Source of the DNA: Synergistales bacterium
GTDB lineage: Bacteria > Synergistota > Synergistia > Synergistales > 79-D21
NCBI GenBank assembly: GCA_036722335.1
Contig: DAIMJI010000003.1
Span: forward strand, 3,781 to 67,780
Length of the DNA stretch: 64,000 bases
Direction of reading: 5' to 3'
This document shows, piece by piece, positions 9,899 to 18,813 of the stretch. The notes under the pieces were generated by a model. The model was not told the origin of the DNA, did no database searches, and worked only from the letters and a program-made list of their open reading frames with translations. Within the stretch, counting starts at the first letter, position 1; the number at the start of each line of letters is the position of its first letter. Made by a program: the position numbers and the translations under genes.

Positions 9899-9914
9899 CC
9901 TCAATATCTTGTGT
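9899..9914 (-). promoter_or_regulatory. NrdR box (distal)
   Basis: The plus strand reads cctcaatatcttgtgt, a 13/16 match to the NrdR-box consensus. Its centre is 31 bp from the proximal box, the typical tandem spacing. Confidence 0.65.
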
Positions 9915-9921
9915 GTTATGG

Positions 9922-10560
9922 TCATAACTGGAGGATTTTCCCCAGCGAGGCAAGATCAGGAACGGTCGCCCAGGCTCCCGCCGCCATGAGATCCGTTTCA
10001 CTATGATTGCCCGAACTGATCCCGACTGCACGAACACCTGCCGCCGCAGCTGTTTTCATGTCAATATCCGTGTCCCCCGCGAAAATCGCGGAGTCTTTAT
10101 CGACCTTGAGGATTTCCAGCCCCAGAAGCAGGGAATCCGGAAAGGGTTTCGGCCTTTCCACGGATTCCAGTCCGACGATCGCCTCGAAGTATTTCTCGAG
10201 TCCAACCGCTTCCACGGACACTCTAGCAAAACGCCTGTTCGTCACGACCCCCTTCCGGATACCCTTGACGGTGAGTTTTTCAAGCAGCGGCACCGTATCC
10301 GGGAAAGGGCGCAAAGCAGCCCTTTCAAGAGGGCTGTAGTGGGTTCTATAGTGTTGCAGCCACTCGGGTCGAAAATCTCCCCATAGAGTATTCCAGGCGG
10401 CTTCTATCGGAAGGCCAATCGTCGACAGAACCTGCTCCCTTGTAACCTCTGCCAATTGCAGGTCTTTTGCCATGCCGTTCATGCAGGCGGTGATCGCGTA
10501 GCTGCTGTCTATGAGTGTCATGTCGAAATCAAAAAGAATCGCGCGAATTTCACTTGTCAT
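9922..10560 (-). CDS. HAD-superfamily hydrolase (phosphoglycolate phosphatase / PpaX-like)
   Basis: 212 aa with HAD motif I (ILFDFDMTLIDS) and motif IV (FAGDTDIDM). Confidence 0.85.
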   Translation of the reverse strand: MTSEIRAILFDFDMTLIDSSYAITACMNGMAKDLQLAEVTREQVLSTIGLPIEAAWNTLWGDFRPEWLQHYRTHYSPLERAALRPFPDTVPLLEKLTVKGIRKGVVTNRRFARVSVEAVGLEKYFEAIVGLESVERPKPFPDSLLLGLEILKVDKDSAIFAGDTDIDMKTAAAAGVRAVGISSGNHSETDLMAAGAWATVPDLASLGKILQL

Positions 10561-11759
10561 GGGACAACCTCCATCAGGAATCCTTTCAGGTAGTCGCTTT
10601 CAGGGAAATTAAGGCTTACCGGGTGATCCGGCGGCTGGTGGATTTCAGCCAGGATGCGGCCCGATTTCTTAACGTCCCGTGCTGCCGCGGCAAGAGTCTC
10701 CAGGAGGCTATCCCTCCCGAAAGCCTGGCTGCAGGAAAAGAAAAGCATGGCCCCGCCGGGAGCCAGCATCCTGAATCCGCGTACCGCCAATTCCTTGTAG
10801 CCCCTCCTGGCGCTTTCGACCTGTTTCCTGGATGGCGCAAAAGGCGGAGGGTCCATCACGATCAAGTCGAAGGAACTCCCTTTTTCACTGAGTTCTTTGA
10901 GGCGATCGAAAACATTGCACTCTTCCAGCGAAAGATTCCCTTTCCCCGCAAGGCCGTTCAGCAGCAGGTTTCTTCTCGCCATTTCGAGCGCTTCTGCCGA
11001 CTGGTCCAGCGCCAGCACATCCTTTGCGCCCCAGTTCAATGCGTGGAGGGAGAAGTTGCCTGCGTAGGAAAAGGCGTCGAGGACCCTGGCGCCGCTGCAG
11101 AATGGCCTTGTTTCCCGGGGAAACTTCCTGACATCGAGATATAGACCTGTCTTCTGGCCTCTGAGGGGGTCGACGAAACTGCGAACATCCCCCGTCAGCA
11201 CGGAAAGATCTTCCAAAGCCTCATTCCTGCCCACCAGCACCTTCTTTTCCCGAGGGATGCCTTCCGCTTCGAGGAACCTACCTTCATTCCTCAAAATGAC
11301 CGTTTCTACACCGTCTTCCTGCCTGATCAGCTCCGCAAGGGAATCAACCATCCTGTACATTCCTGCGCAGGAAGTCTGCATGACTGCCACCGGCCCGTAA
11401 CGGTCCACCACGAGTCCCGGCAAGCCGTCAGCTTCCCCGTGGATCCACCTGAAGGCATCCTCTCCCTTTTCAAGGAACCTGGACCGTGAATATTTCGCAT
11501 CCTGGATCCTTTTTTCGAAAAGTTTCCCGATATCCGGCCGTTCCGCTCCCCAGGAAAGGAGCCTCACGCAGAGGGATGCACCCGGGCTAAACAGGCCCCA
11601 TCCCAGGGTTTCTCCTCTCTTCCCTGCGACCGGGACCAATGCCCCGTTTTCCTCTTCCATGGGTAGCCGGTTGAAATCCCCCCGGAAGAGCCAGGGATGC
11701 CTGGCCTGCATCCTTTCCAGGCCCTTTTCCCCTAATGTTGCCGATGGCCGGGTTTTCAC
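10557..11759 (-). CDS. PUA-domain class I SAM-dependent rRNA (cytosine-C5) methyltransferase, RlmI-like
   Basis: 400 aa. It has a PUA-like N-terminus followed by a SAM-binding region (VLDAFSYAGNFSL, DLIVMDPPPFA). Confidence 0.8.
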   Translation of the reverse strand: MKTRPSATLGEKGLERMQARHPWLFRGDFNRLPMEEENGALVPVAGKRGETLGWGLFSPGASLCVRLLSWGAERPDIGKLFEKRIQDAKYSRSRFLEKGEDAFRWIHGEADGLPGLVVDRYGPVAVMQTSCAGMYRMVDSLAELIRQEDGVETVILRNEGRFLEAEGIPREKKVLVGRNEALEDLSVLTGDVRSFVDPLRGQKTGLYLDVRKFPRETRPFCSGARVLDAFSYAGNFSLHALNWGAKDVLALDQSAEALEMARRNLLLNGLAGKGNLSLEECNVFDRLKELSEKGSSFDLIVMDPPPFAPSRKQVESARRGYKELAVRGFRMLAPGGAMLFFSCSQAFGRDSLLETLAAAARDVKKSGRILAEIHQPPDHPVSLNFPESDYLKGFLMEVVP

Positions 11760-12733
11760 TGCCGATCCTCCGTTGTTTCGCGGGAACTTGCGACCTGGGA
11801 AAGAGGAGCCTCCCCTTTTGCGAAACGCTCCAGGTTATCTCTCACGAAGCGTGCCACTCCCTCCACTCCCTCGTCCGTCACACCTCCAATGTGCGGTGTG
11901 GCGACCACGTTATTCCGCTTGAAGAGCCGATCATCCGGATCCGGAGGCTCCACCCAGAAGACATCAAGGCCGGCTCCCGCTATTTCATCCTCCTCCAGGG
12001 CCGCTTCCAGGTCTTCTCTCCTAACCAGGCCTCCCCGCGCGACGTTGATGAGATACCCTTCGGAACCCAGTGCCTTGAGAACTCCGCGATCCACGATATT
12101 CGCCGTTTCCTCGTTGAGGGGGAGCGCCAGCACCAGGAATCGGGAACCTTCCACCGCCTTCTCGAGATCCTTTAGCGGATAGAGCGAATGGAGTCCCCAC
12201 CCTTCAAACTCCGGACGCAAGGTCCTGTTTACCCCAACGACTTCCATGCCCAGGCAGAGCAGCCTCTCGGCTATGCAATGTCCAAGGTTCCCCAGGCCGA
12301 CTACGCAGGCTCTCTTTTTCCAAAGGGCTAATCCTTTAGGTGCATGGACCCGTCCGATTTTTAGGAGGTTCTCCTGGGCCCTGGGATACCTGCGCGCAAG
12401 GAGAAGCATCAAGAGCAAGGCGGTTTCCGCCACGCTTTCCGCATTGCCGGTCCCCCGCGACGGAACGTTACAGACCTTTATGCCCCTCCTGGAGCAAGCT
12501 TCGAGGTCAATCCCCTCCACCCCGGTACCCCATTCCTGGATCAATTCAAGGGACTTCCCTTCGCGCAGCATTTCTTCCCCGATCTCTCGGGGGGCCGTCA
12601 CCAGGATTTCAGCCCAGGGCAAGGCTTCGAGGATCTCTTCATCCCGGGCGATGCGAAACTCCATATTTGAAAACAAGGGAAGGATGCTCTCCTTTACCCT
12701 TTCAAAAGCCGTTCCGCAAAAAAGGACCCTCAT
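11756..12733 (-). CDS. D-isomer-specific 2-hydroxyacid dehydrogenase family protein
   Basis: It has an NAD-binding GLGNLGHCIAERL motif and a catalytic-region PHIGG motif. I chose the start at the internal MRVLFCG, which gives an ATGA overlap with the folE2 stop. The ORF-track start at 12811 would overlap folE2 by 82 nt. Confidence 0.8.
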   Translation of the reverse strand: MRVLFCGTAFERVKESILPLFSNMEFRIARDEEILEALPWAEILVTAPREIGEEMLREGKSLELIQEWGTGVEGIDLEACSRRGIKVCNVPSRGTGNAESVAETALLLMLLLARRYPRAQENLLKIGRVHAPKGLALWKKRACVVGLGNLGHCIAERLLCLGMEVVGVNRTLRPEFEGWGLHSLYPLKDLEKAVEGSRFLVLALPLNEETANIVDRGVLKALGSEGYLINVARGGLVRREDLEAALEEDEIAGAGLDVFWVEPPDPDDRLFKRNNVVATPHIGGVTDEGVEGVARFVRDNLERFAKGEAPLSQVASSRETTEDRQ

Positions 12734-13500
12734 TTTTCCCCCTTTTCCAGGCTCGCGAACGCCTGGTGATTGTGAATGCTCTCTTCGCTGACGATCGACA
12801 CCCTGTACCACTTGACCCTGGAATCCCCATCCAGCTTCATGGATATTTCCCTGACGACATCCTCCACGAACCTCGGGTTCGAAAAAGCCATCTCGGTCAA
12901 AGCTTTTTCATCTTCCCTTTTTAGCAGGGTCAGAACGGGTGCCGAAGCTGAAGATTCGGCAACGGAAACCAATTCTTCTATCCAGACAAGCTTCTTCATC
13001 CTGACTTCGATCTCCACCCTGGCCCTCTGGTTGTGGGCCCCGTAGTCGGAAATTTCCCTCGAGCAGGGACAGAGGGTCTGGACAGGAACCCCGACCTTCA
13101 GGATGAAATCGAAGGCTTCCGCTTTGACCGCCCAAAACTCGACATCCGTCCGGCTGTAACTCTCGGAACCGCTAACAGGAGCAGACTTCCTGATGAAATA
13201 CGGAAAAGCCACCGTAATTTCCGCTTCGGGTGCGTCCAGTTGGACCTTCAGCTCGTCAACGATCTCTTCCAGATTGGAGAGGGTCATTTTCCCCCTCCTT
13301 CTTTCGAGGACCTCTATGAAGCGGCTCATGTGCGTTCCCCTGTAATCCTTTGGGAGTGAAACCGACATGCTGACTGAGGCCGTAACATGCTGAACGTTCT
13401 CATGCGGGTCCATGACGATGACAGGATAAAAAACCCCGCAGACCCCGACTCGGTCGATCGGGATGTTCCTGTTGTCCCGTTCGGACTGGACGTCCTTCAT
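12730..13500 (-). CDS. folE2: GTP cyclohydrolase IB (FolE2/MptA family)
   Basis: 256 aa. The N-terminus DNRNIPIDRVGV...YPV and the motifs GTHMSRF and CPCS are typical of DUF198/FolE2. Confidence 0.85.
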   Translation of the reverse strand: MKDVQSERDNRNIPIDRVGVCGVFYPVIVMDPHENVQHVTASVSMSVSLPKDYRGTHMSRFIEVLERRRGKMTLSNLEEIVDELKVQLDAPEAEITVAFPYFIRKSAPVSGSESYSRTDVEFWAVKAEAFDFILKVGVPVQTLCPCSREISDYGAHNQRARVEIEVRMKKLVWIEELVSVAESSASAPVLTLLKREDEKALTEMAFSNPRFVEDVVREISMKLDGDSRVKWYRVSIVSEESIHNHQAFASLEKGEK

Positions 13501-13862
13501 TGGACATCACTTCTTTCGATAATGGCCGAGGCGTCCCTTGTCTCCCAAACCTCGACTTCGGCAAGCGTGCCCGCTTTTTCAGCAATCTTGCCGTCCACGG
13601 ATTTCCAAATCCACAAGGCGATGTTTTCCGCAGTGGGCTGAGGAAGGACATCGTTCAGGTAGGCATGGTCCAGTCTCGAAAGGACCGTTTCCTCAACCAG
13701 CCTTTTCAATTCAACGAAGTCCATGACCATTCCCTCCGCGTCCCTTTTTCCCTCAACCGTGAGCGCAAAGGAATAGGTATGCCCGTGCAGCCTTTCGCAT
13801 TTCCCGTGGTAACACTCCAAGCGGTGCGCCGCATCAAAAGAAAACACCCTTTTCACTTTCAT
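13497..13862 (-). CDS. 6-pyruvoyl-tetrahydropterin synthase family protein (QueD / PTPS-type)
   Basis: 121 aa. It reads FSFDAAHRL...GKCERLHGHTY...LDHAYLND, aligns end to end with E. coli QueD, and has a 4-nt overlap with its neighbour on each side. Confidence 0.85.
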   Translation of the reverse strand: MKVKRVFSFDAAHRLECYHGKCERLHGHTYSFALTVEGKRDAEGMVMDFVELKRLVEETVLSRLDHAYLNDVLPQPTAENIALWIWKSVDGKIAEKAGTLAEVEVWETRDASAIIERSDVQ

Positions 13863-14830
13863 GCTTTTCGAACCTCCGTTTCGGCCGCCCTTACCTCGGG
13901 CTCGTTGCCATAATCGAGTACTCCTTGCGGGTAATCCTCTTCGGAGACTTTCATCCCGAGCGCCCTCTTCATCCAGGTGGCATTCCTCGCGGCATAGTCC
14001 CCGTAGCAGTTGTTGAACATGACGAAGAGTTTCTCGACCCTCGTTGAGGTTTCGAGGATCCGGTTCTTCCAGGGATGGAGTTCCTCCGGCGAATACAAGT
14101 AGCGGAATTTTTCCGAAACAGGGATATTTTTACTCTCCCAGGCGGATGAATTCCTGCCATGAAACCGGAGAACGCTCCCCCAACTCGCCGTCACCGGCCA
14201 GTCGGCAGGCACGGTCCACGAAAGCGACGGTTCGTCCACCGCAACATAGGCCATGTTCAGGTCTTTAAGCGCGGCGAGGAAAGATTCGCCTGTTTTGCCT
14301 TCGAGCCACGTCCCGTTCCTGGCTTCGACCGCGATCCTGGTCGGTCCTGCCACTTCCCTGACCCTGTGCAGGTAGTGTTCCAGGGCACGCGAAAACGCCA
14401 CGTAGGGAGGGAACTGGAACAAAAGGTAGCCCATCCTCTGTGTCGCTTGGAGCGGGGCCAGGGTTGCCGTAAACCGTTCCCAGATTTCAAGAAGGGTCGT
14501 TTTCGAAAAATCCCTCAGGGTCAGTCTTTCCTTTTCTTTCGTTTCGCGCAGTGCCCATCCCGGGAAAGCTTTCCTCGGCACCGCGTGCAGCGTGAACAGG
14601 CCAAAGACCTTCACGTTGAAAATAAAATCCCCCGAAGTCCTCGCGACCCACTTCCAGACCGCTGTCTCGTCCGGAATCGAGTAATAGGTACTGTCCACCT
14701 CAACCGTATCAAAGCGGGAAGCGTAATGTCGAAGGCGTCTCTCGGCACCCCGCGCCTCCACGGGGTACCATCCGCTTCTGACAAGGCCGCTGTCTGTCCA
14801 GGAACAGAGCCCAACCCGCAGGTTCCCCAT
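13859..14830 (-). CDS. DUF72 (UPF0759) family protein
   Basis: DUF72-like CSWTD...FYS motifs are present. The start at the internal MGNLRVGLCSW has a GGGGAGGG SD. The ORF-track start at 14860 has no SD. Confidence 0.75.
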   Translation of the reverse strand: MGNLRVGLCSWTDSGLVRSGWYPVEARGAERRLRHYASRFDTVEVDSTYYSIPDETAVWKWVARTSGDFIFNVKVFGLFTLHAVPRKAFPGWALRETKEKERLTLRDFSKTTLLEIWERFTATLAPLQATQRMGYLLFQFPPYVAFSRALEHYLHRVREVAGPTRIAVEARNGTWLEGKTGESFLAALKDLNMAYVAVDEPSLSWTVPADWPVTASWGSVLRFHGRNSSAWESKNIPVSEKFRYLYSPEELHPWKNRILETSTRVEKLFVMFNNCYGDYAARNATWMKRALGMKVSEEDYPQGVLDYGNEPEVRAAETEVRKA

Positions 14831-14951
14831 GATTCCCTCCCCGAAACGCCATTTTTCCATCTTTATTATACCGGGCCTTCCAACCCAACCTCCGCAACGA
14901 TTCCCGCGGGTCTTGTGATAGACTCCGGGAGTAGGAAAGGAGTGAAGAAGG

Positions 14952-15854
14952 TTGAATTTAAAGGGAGTCTATGCGCCAATACCCACGCCATTCGGGAAAA
15001 CAGGAGAAATCGACTGGAAGGCCCTCGAGGGAAACCTTTCCCGGTGGCTGGCTTCTCCGCTGGACGGTTTGGTTGTGGGGGGATCCAATGGGGAGTTTCC
15101 CCTGCTTTCATTCAGCGAGCGCGTGCAGCTGACGGCGAAGGTCACCAGGCAGGTTGCCGGCCAGATTCCCGTCATAACGGGTATCCATTGCCCAAGCCTG
15201 ACCGAAACGGCCGATCTATGCAAGGCGGCCGCTGATGCCGGTACCGATGCGGTGCTGGTTCTACCCCCCCATTATTACAAGGGGCAAAACTCGATTTCAA
15301 CCCTATGCTCCTATTTCTGGAAGATTGCCGATTCCTCCCCCGTTCCCGTCGTGCTTTACAACATGCCGGCGAACACGGGCTTCAACCTGACGCCGGAATG
15401 CGTCAATGCCATTTCGGCCCATCCCGGGATCATCGGGATCAAGGACACTTCCGGGGATATTGTCCAGATCGCGAGATTATGCATGGAGGCACGTGACGGG
15501 TTTTCTATTTTTGTCGGTTCTGGAGGTTTCTTCCTTGCGGGCCTGGCCGTCGGATGCACCGGTGGAACGCTTGCTGTAGCCAACGTTCTCCCGGCAGCCT
15601 GCCGCAGGCTCATGGATGCTTTCTTCGCAGGCAAACTCGATGAAGCCCGGACGATCCAGCACCGCATCCTTCTCTTGAACCATTCCGTGACGAAAGGATA
15701 CGGAATCCCCGGACTGAAGACTGCGGTTGATGCCATCGGGCTTTACGGGGGACCCTGCCGCCTTCCGCTTCCCGAACTCGGGAATGTCCAACGTGAGGAG
15801 ATCCTCGAACAGCTAACGGGAACCAGCCTGTTGGAAAAGGAGGAATGGAGATGA
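14952..15854 (+). CDS. Dihydrodipicolinate synthase / N-acetylneuraminate lyase family aldolase
   Basis: 300 aa. It reads GVYAPIPTPF...VVGGSNGEF...GIKDTSGD (Schiff-base Lys motif). It has a TTG start with an upstream AGGAAAGGAG SD. Confidence 0.8.
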   Translation: MNLKGVYAPIPTPFGKTGEIDWKALEGNLSRWLASPLDGLVVGGSNGEFPLLSFSERVQLTAKVTRQVAGQIPVITGIHCPSLTETADLCKAAADAGTDAVLVLPPHYYKGQNSISTLCSYFWKIADSSPVPVVLYNMPANTGFNLTPECVNAISAHPGIIGIKDTSGDIVQIARLCMEARDGFSIFVGSGGFFLAGLAVGCTGGTLAVANVLPAACRRLMDAFFAGKLDEARTIQHRILLLNHSVTKGYGIPGLKTAVDAIGLYGGPCRLPLPELGNVQREEILEQLTGTSLLEKEEWR

Positions 15855-16402
15855 AGGAAATCGTTGTGCTCCTTGGGAGCCCAAGACGGTCAGGAAACAG
15901 CGAAACGCTGGCGGAGGCTTTCCTGTCAGGAACAGGGCGGAGTGATGCCGTGATTCATCGCTTCCACTTGTCGGAAATGGGAATTTCCGGCTGCCTCGAC
16001 TGCAGAGGTTGCTGGTCAAAGGGGAAACCGTGCGTGCTCGAAGACAGGATGCAGGAAATTTACGAGGCCCTGCGGGTTTCCGACCTTGTCCTTTTCGTTT
16101 CCCCCCTCTACTGGTATACCTGGAGCGGCCAAATCAAGCCCGTCCTGGACCGTTTCCTTCCCTTTGCAGGTGACAAGCCGCAGTTCGACCTCAAGGGCAA
16201 GAATGCGGTCCTCGTGTCCACTGCCGGGGATACGGAACCAGGTTGCTTCGATGGGCTTCGCTTTTCATTCAGGACATCATGCGAATTGCTCGGCCTTCAA
16301 AACCGCGGGGAAATCCTTGCTCACGGAATATACAGGCGGGGCGAAATCGAAGGAACCCATTGGCTTGAAACGGCAAGAGAGACAGGGCGCAACCTTTCCT
16401 GA
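15845..16402 (+). CDS. NAD(P)H-dependent FMN reductase / iron-sulfur flavoprotein-like
   Basis: 185 aa. It has a flavodoxin-like N-terminus (VVLLGSPRRSGNSETL) and a CLDCRGC motif. It overlaps the preceding gene by 10 nt. Confidence 0.7.
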   Translation: MEMKEIVVLLGSPRRSGNSETLAEAFLSGTGRSDAVIHRFHLSEMGISGCLDCRGCWSKGKPCVLEDRMQEIYEALRVSDLVLFVSPLYWYTWSGQIKPVLDRFLPFAGDKPQFDLKGKNAVLVSTAGDTEPGCFDGLRFSFRTSCELLGLQNRGEILAHGIYRRGEIEGTHWLETARETGRNLS

Positions 16403-16422
16403 GGCGGAACCGTTTTCCGAGT

Positions 16423-16458
16423 AGAGGGCAGGCCCGTGGGCCTGCCCTCTATTTTTTA
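16423..16458 (+). terminator. Rho-independent terminator
   Basis: A perfect 13-bp GC-rich stem (agagggcaggccc / gggcctgccctct) is followed by ATTTTTTA. Confidence 0.85.
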
Positions 16459-16597
16459 TATTTAATGACATAACGTGTCTTATTTAGCCCCGTATGCACA
16501 CGCCTAACCCCTTATAAGCGTTTTTAATCAGTTTTATATTGCATAGAGGAGGTGCTTGTGGTACTTATGTATCATTCTTGACAAGGGGGGATTTTTA

Positions 16598-18712
16598 ATG
16601 ACGGAAATCAGGCCTTCAAGCCTATTCGGAGAACTCGTTTTCAACCGCAAGGCAATGCGCGAACGCCTGCCCAAAGAGGTCTTCGCCCAGCTAATGGCCT
16701 CTGTCGATACGGGGGAAAAACTTGATGCGGGCGTTGCCGATATCGTCGCGTCCGCAATGAAGGAGTGGGCCCTCTCGAAGGGAGCGACTCACTACACCCA
16801 TTGGTTCCACCCTCGAACCGAGAAAACGGCGGAAAAGCACATGGCTTTCCTGACGCTCGACATGGAAGGAACCCCTCTGGAATCTTTCACGGGCAGCGAA
16901 CTCATACAGAGTGAACCTGACGCTTCTTCACTGCCATCCGGCGGGATGCGGTCGACCTTCGAAGCCAGGGGCTATACCGCCTGGGATCCCTCAAGCCCGG
17001 CTTTCGTCGTGCAATCGGAAAAAGGCGGAACCCTATGCATCCCCTCGATATTCATTTCCTATGACGGCACTCCCCTCGACCTGAAGACCCCTCTGCTAAA
17101 ATCCCTTAACGCAATCGAAGGAAGGGCCCTACGGCTGCTTCGCCTTTTCGGTAACCGTGGGGTGCGTTGGGTCAAGGCAACAATTGGTGCCGAGCAGGAA
17201 TTTTTCCTCGTGAATGAATCGAAGGCAAGGCTAAGGCCCGACATCATTTTCTGCGGACATACGATATGCGGAGCCCAACCCCCAAAGGGACAGCAAATGG
17301 AAGATCATTATTTCGGGACGATTCACCCGAAGGTCCTGGCTTACATGGAAGACGTCGAAAAGGAGCTCTACAGGCTCGGCATCGCAGTCAAGACGCGGCA
17401 CAACGAAGTTGCGCCCTGCCAGTTCGAATTCGCGCCGGAATTTTCCGAGGCCAACCTTGCCAACGACCAGAACCAGTTGATGATGGCCGTCATGAAGCGT
17501 TTCGCCCGAAGGCATGATCTCAGGCTGATGCTCCACGAAAAGCCTTTTGCCGGTTTGAACGGGAGCGGCAAGCACACCAATTTCTCCCTGATGGACAGCG
17601 AGGGAAGGAACTTGCTGTCGCCATCAGGGACACAGAAAAAGAGTATCCAGTTTTTGACTTTCATGGGGGGATTCCTCCTCGGGCTCGCGCATTACGGCAG
17701 CCTCCTTCGTGCATCGATCGCTTCTCCGGGCAACATGTACAGGCTGGGCGGGAACGAAGCACCTCCAGCGATCATGAGCGTTTTCCTGGGAGAAGTCCTG
17801 AACCAGATCTTTGACCGCATCGAAGAAGGCCTGCCCGAATCCATACCGGCCAAGGCCTCGATTGATCTCGGCCTTACGCGCCTGCCGGACATCAAGGCGG
17901 ATAACACCGACAGGAACAGGACCGCCCCTATCGCTTTCACCGGGAACAAGTTCGAGTTCCGTGCCACAGGTGCACCCCAATCCCTCGCAGGACCGGTAAC
18001 TATGCTCATGGCCGCATGGGCCTGGGGCTTGGAAAAGATGACTGAAATGATCGAGAATCGGCTGGGCGACGGAGTGGACGTTTCGGAAGCGGCGCTCGAA
18101 GCGATCCGTCATGCCGCAATCGAAAGCCGTAACGTCCGGTTCGACGGGAACTGCTATTCGCCTGAATGGGCCCAGGAAGCGGCAAGGCGGGGCCTGCCCC
18201 TTGCCTATACGACTCCAGAGGCCCTGGCCTACTACATGGTTCCTGAAAACCGGAAGCTCCTTTCCGATCTCAAGATCATGTCAGACCGGGAAGTCTCCGC
18301 CTTTTACGAGATACAGACGGAAAGGTACCTCAAGTCCCGCGAGATAGAACTTGGCGTTCTGGAGTCGATGGTGAGGGAAGGCATACTGCCTGCCATAACC
18401 CGCCAGATTGAACTGGAGGCAAAGGCCCTTAAGGCCCTGCCTGAAGAAATTGCCTCGGGTATGCCCCTGTTCAGGGAAAGTCTTTCCAACCTGGCAGAAA
18501 TAGCGGAAAAGCTCCTCTCGGCTTGTAACCGCGCACAGGTCCTGAGGAACCGGATCTCCGCGTCCACCCTTGAGGAAGCGGCGGAAATCGTCACGACCGA
18601 AGGCCTTGCCCTGATGGAAGAGATCCGTAGCCTTTGCGACTCGGCGGAAACCAACGTAGACAAGGACTTCTGGCCCTACCCCCGATACCGTGAACTGCTT
18701 CTCATATTCTAG
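16598..18712 (+). CDS. glnN: Glutamine synthetase type III
   Basis: About 704 aa from the ATG at 16598, with an AAGGGGGG SD 7 nt upstream. GSIII-type N-terminus (FGELVFN...LPKEVF) and GS core motifs (NGSGKHTN, NEVAPCQFE) are present. Confidence 0.9.
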   Translation: MTEIRPSSLFGELVFNRKAMRERLPKEVFAQLMASVDTGEKLDAGVADIVASAMKEWALSKGATHYTHWFHPRTEKTAEKHMAFLTLDMEGTPLESFTGSELIQSEPDASSLPSGGMRSTFEARGYTAWDPSSPAFVVQSEKGGTLCIPSIFISYDGTPLDLKTPLLKSLNAIEGRALRLLRLFGNRGVRWVKATIGAEQEFFLVNESKARLRPDIIFCGHTICGAQPPKGQQMEDHYFGTIHPKVLAYMEDVEKELYRLGIAVKTRHNEVAPCQFEFAPEFSEANLANDQNQLMMAVMKRFARRHDLRLMLHEKPFAGLNGSGKHTNFSLMDSEGRNLLSPSGTQKKSIQFLTFMGGFLLGLAHYGSLLRASIASPGNMYRLGGNEAPPAIMSVFLGEVLNQIFDRIEEGLPESIPAKASIDLGLTRLPDIKADNTDRNRTAPIAFTGNKFEFRATGAPQSLAGPVTMLMAAWAWGLEKMTEMIENRLGDGVDVSEAALEAIRHAAIESRNVRFDGNCYSPEWAQEAARRGLPLAYTTPEALAYYMVPENRKLLSDLKIMSDREVSAFYEIQTERYLKSREIELGVLESMVREGILPAITRQIELEAKALKALPEEIASGMPLFRESLSNLAEIAEKLLSACNRAQVLRNRISASTLEEAAEIVTTEGLALMEEIRSLCDSAETNVDKDFWPYPRYRELLLIF

Positions 18713-18741
18713 TTCCAGGGTTTGAGGGATTCGCGACGAAA

Positions 18742-18780
18742 AAGAAGGGAGGAAGCGGCGAAAAAGCCCTTCCTCCCTTC
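18742..18780. terminator. Bidirectional terminator hairpin between convergent genes
   Basis: A 13-bp stem (agaagggaggaag / cttcctcccttct) is followed by a T-rich tract. It lies between the glnN (+) and O-antigen-ligase-like (-) gene ends. Confidence 0.6.
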
Positions 18781-18813
18781 TTTCCTGTTTGACTTCGGGG
18801 AAATCGTGACAAC

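Noticed and set aside
9796-9921. A possible adenosylcobalamin riboswitch upstream of the B12-dependent nrdJ.
   Set aside because: The leader is only about 125 nt and is occupied by a promoter and two NrdR boxes. I see no B12-box-like core (rAGYCMGgAgaCCkGCc).
16459-16597. An AT-rich glnN upstream region with a TGGTAC-N5 sigma-54-like string and an SD-preceded mini-ORF (TTG at 16556, in frame with glnN).
   Set aside because: The -12 element lacks the GC dinucleotide. The TTG start has only a 3-nt spacing to its SD, whereas the ATG at 16598 has a well-spaced AAGGGGGG. I therefore treat the region as an ordinary promoter and leader.
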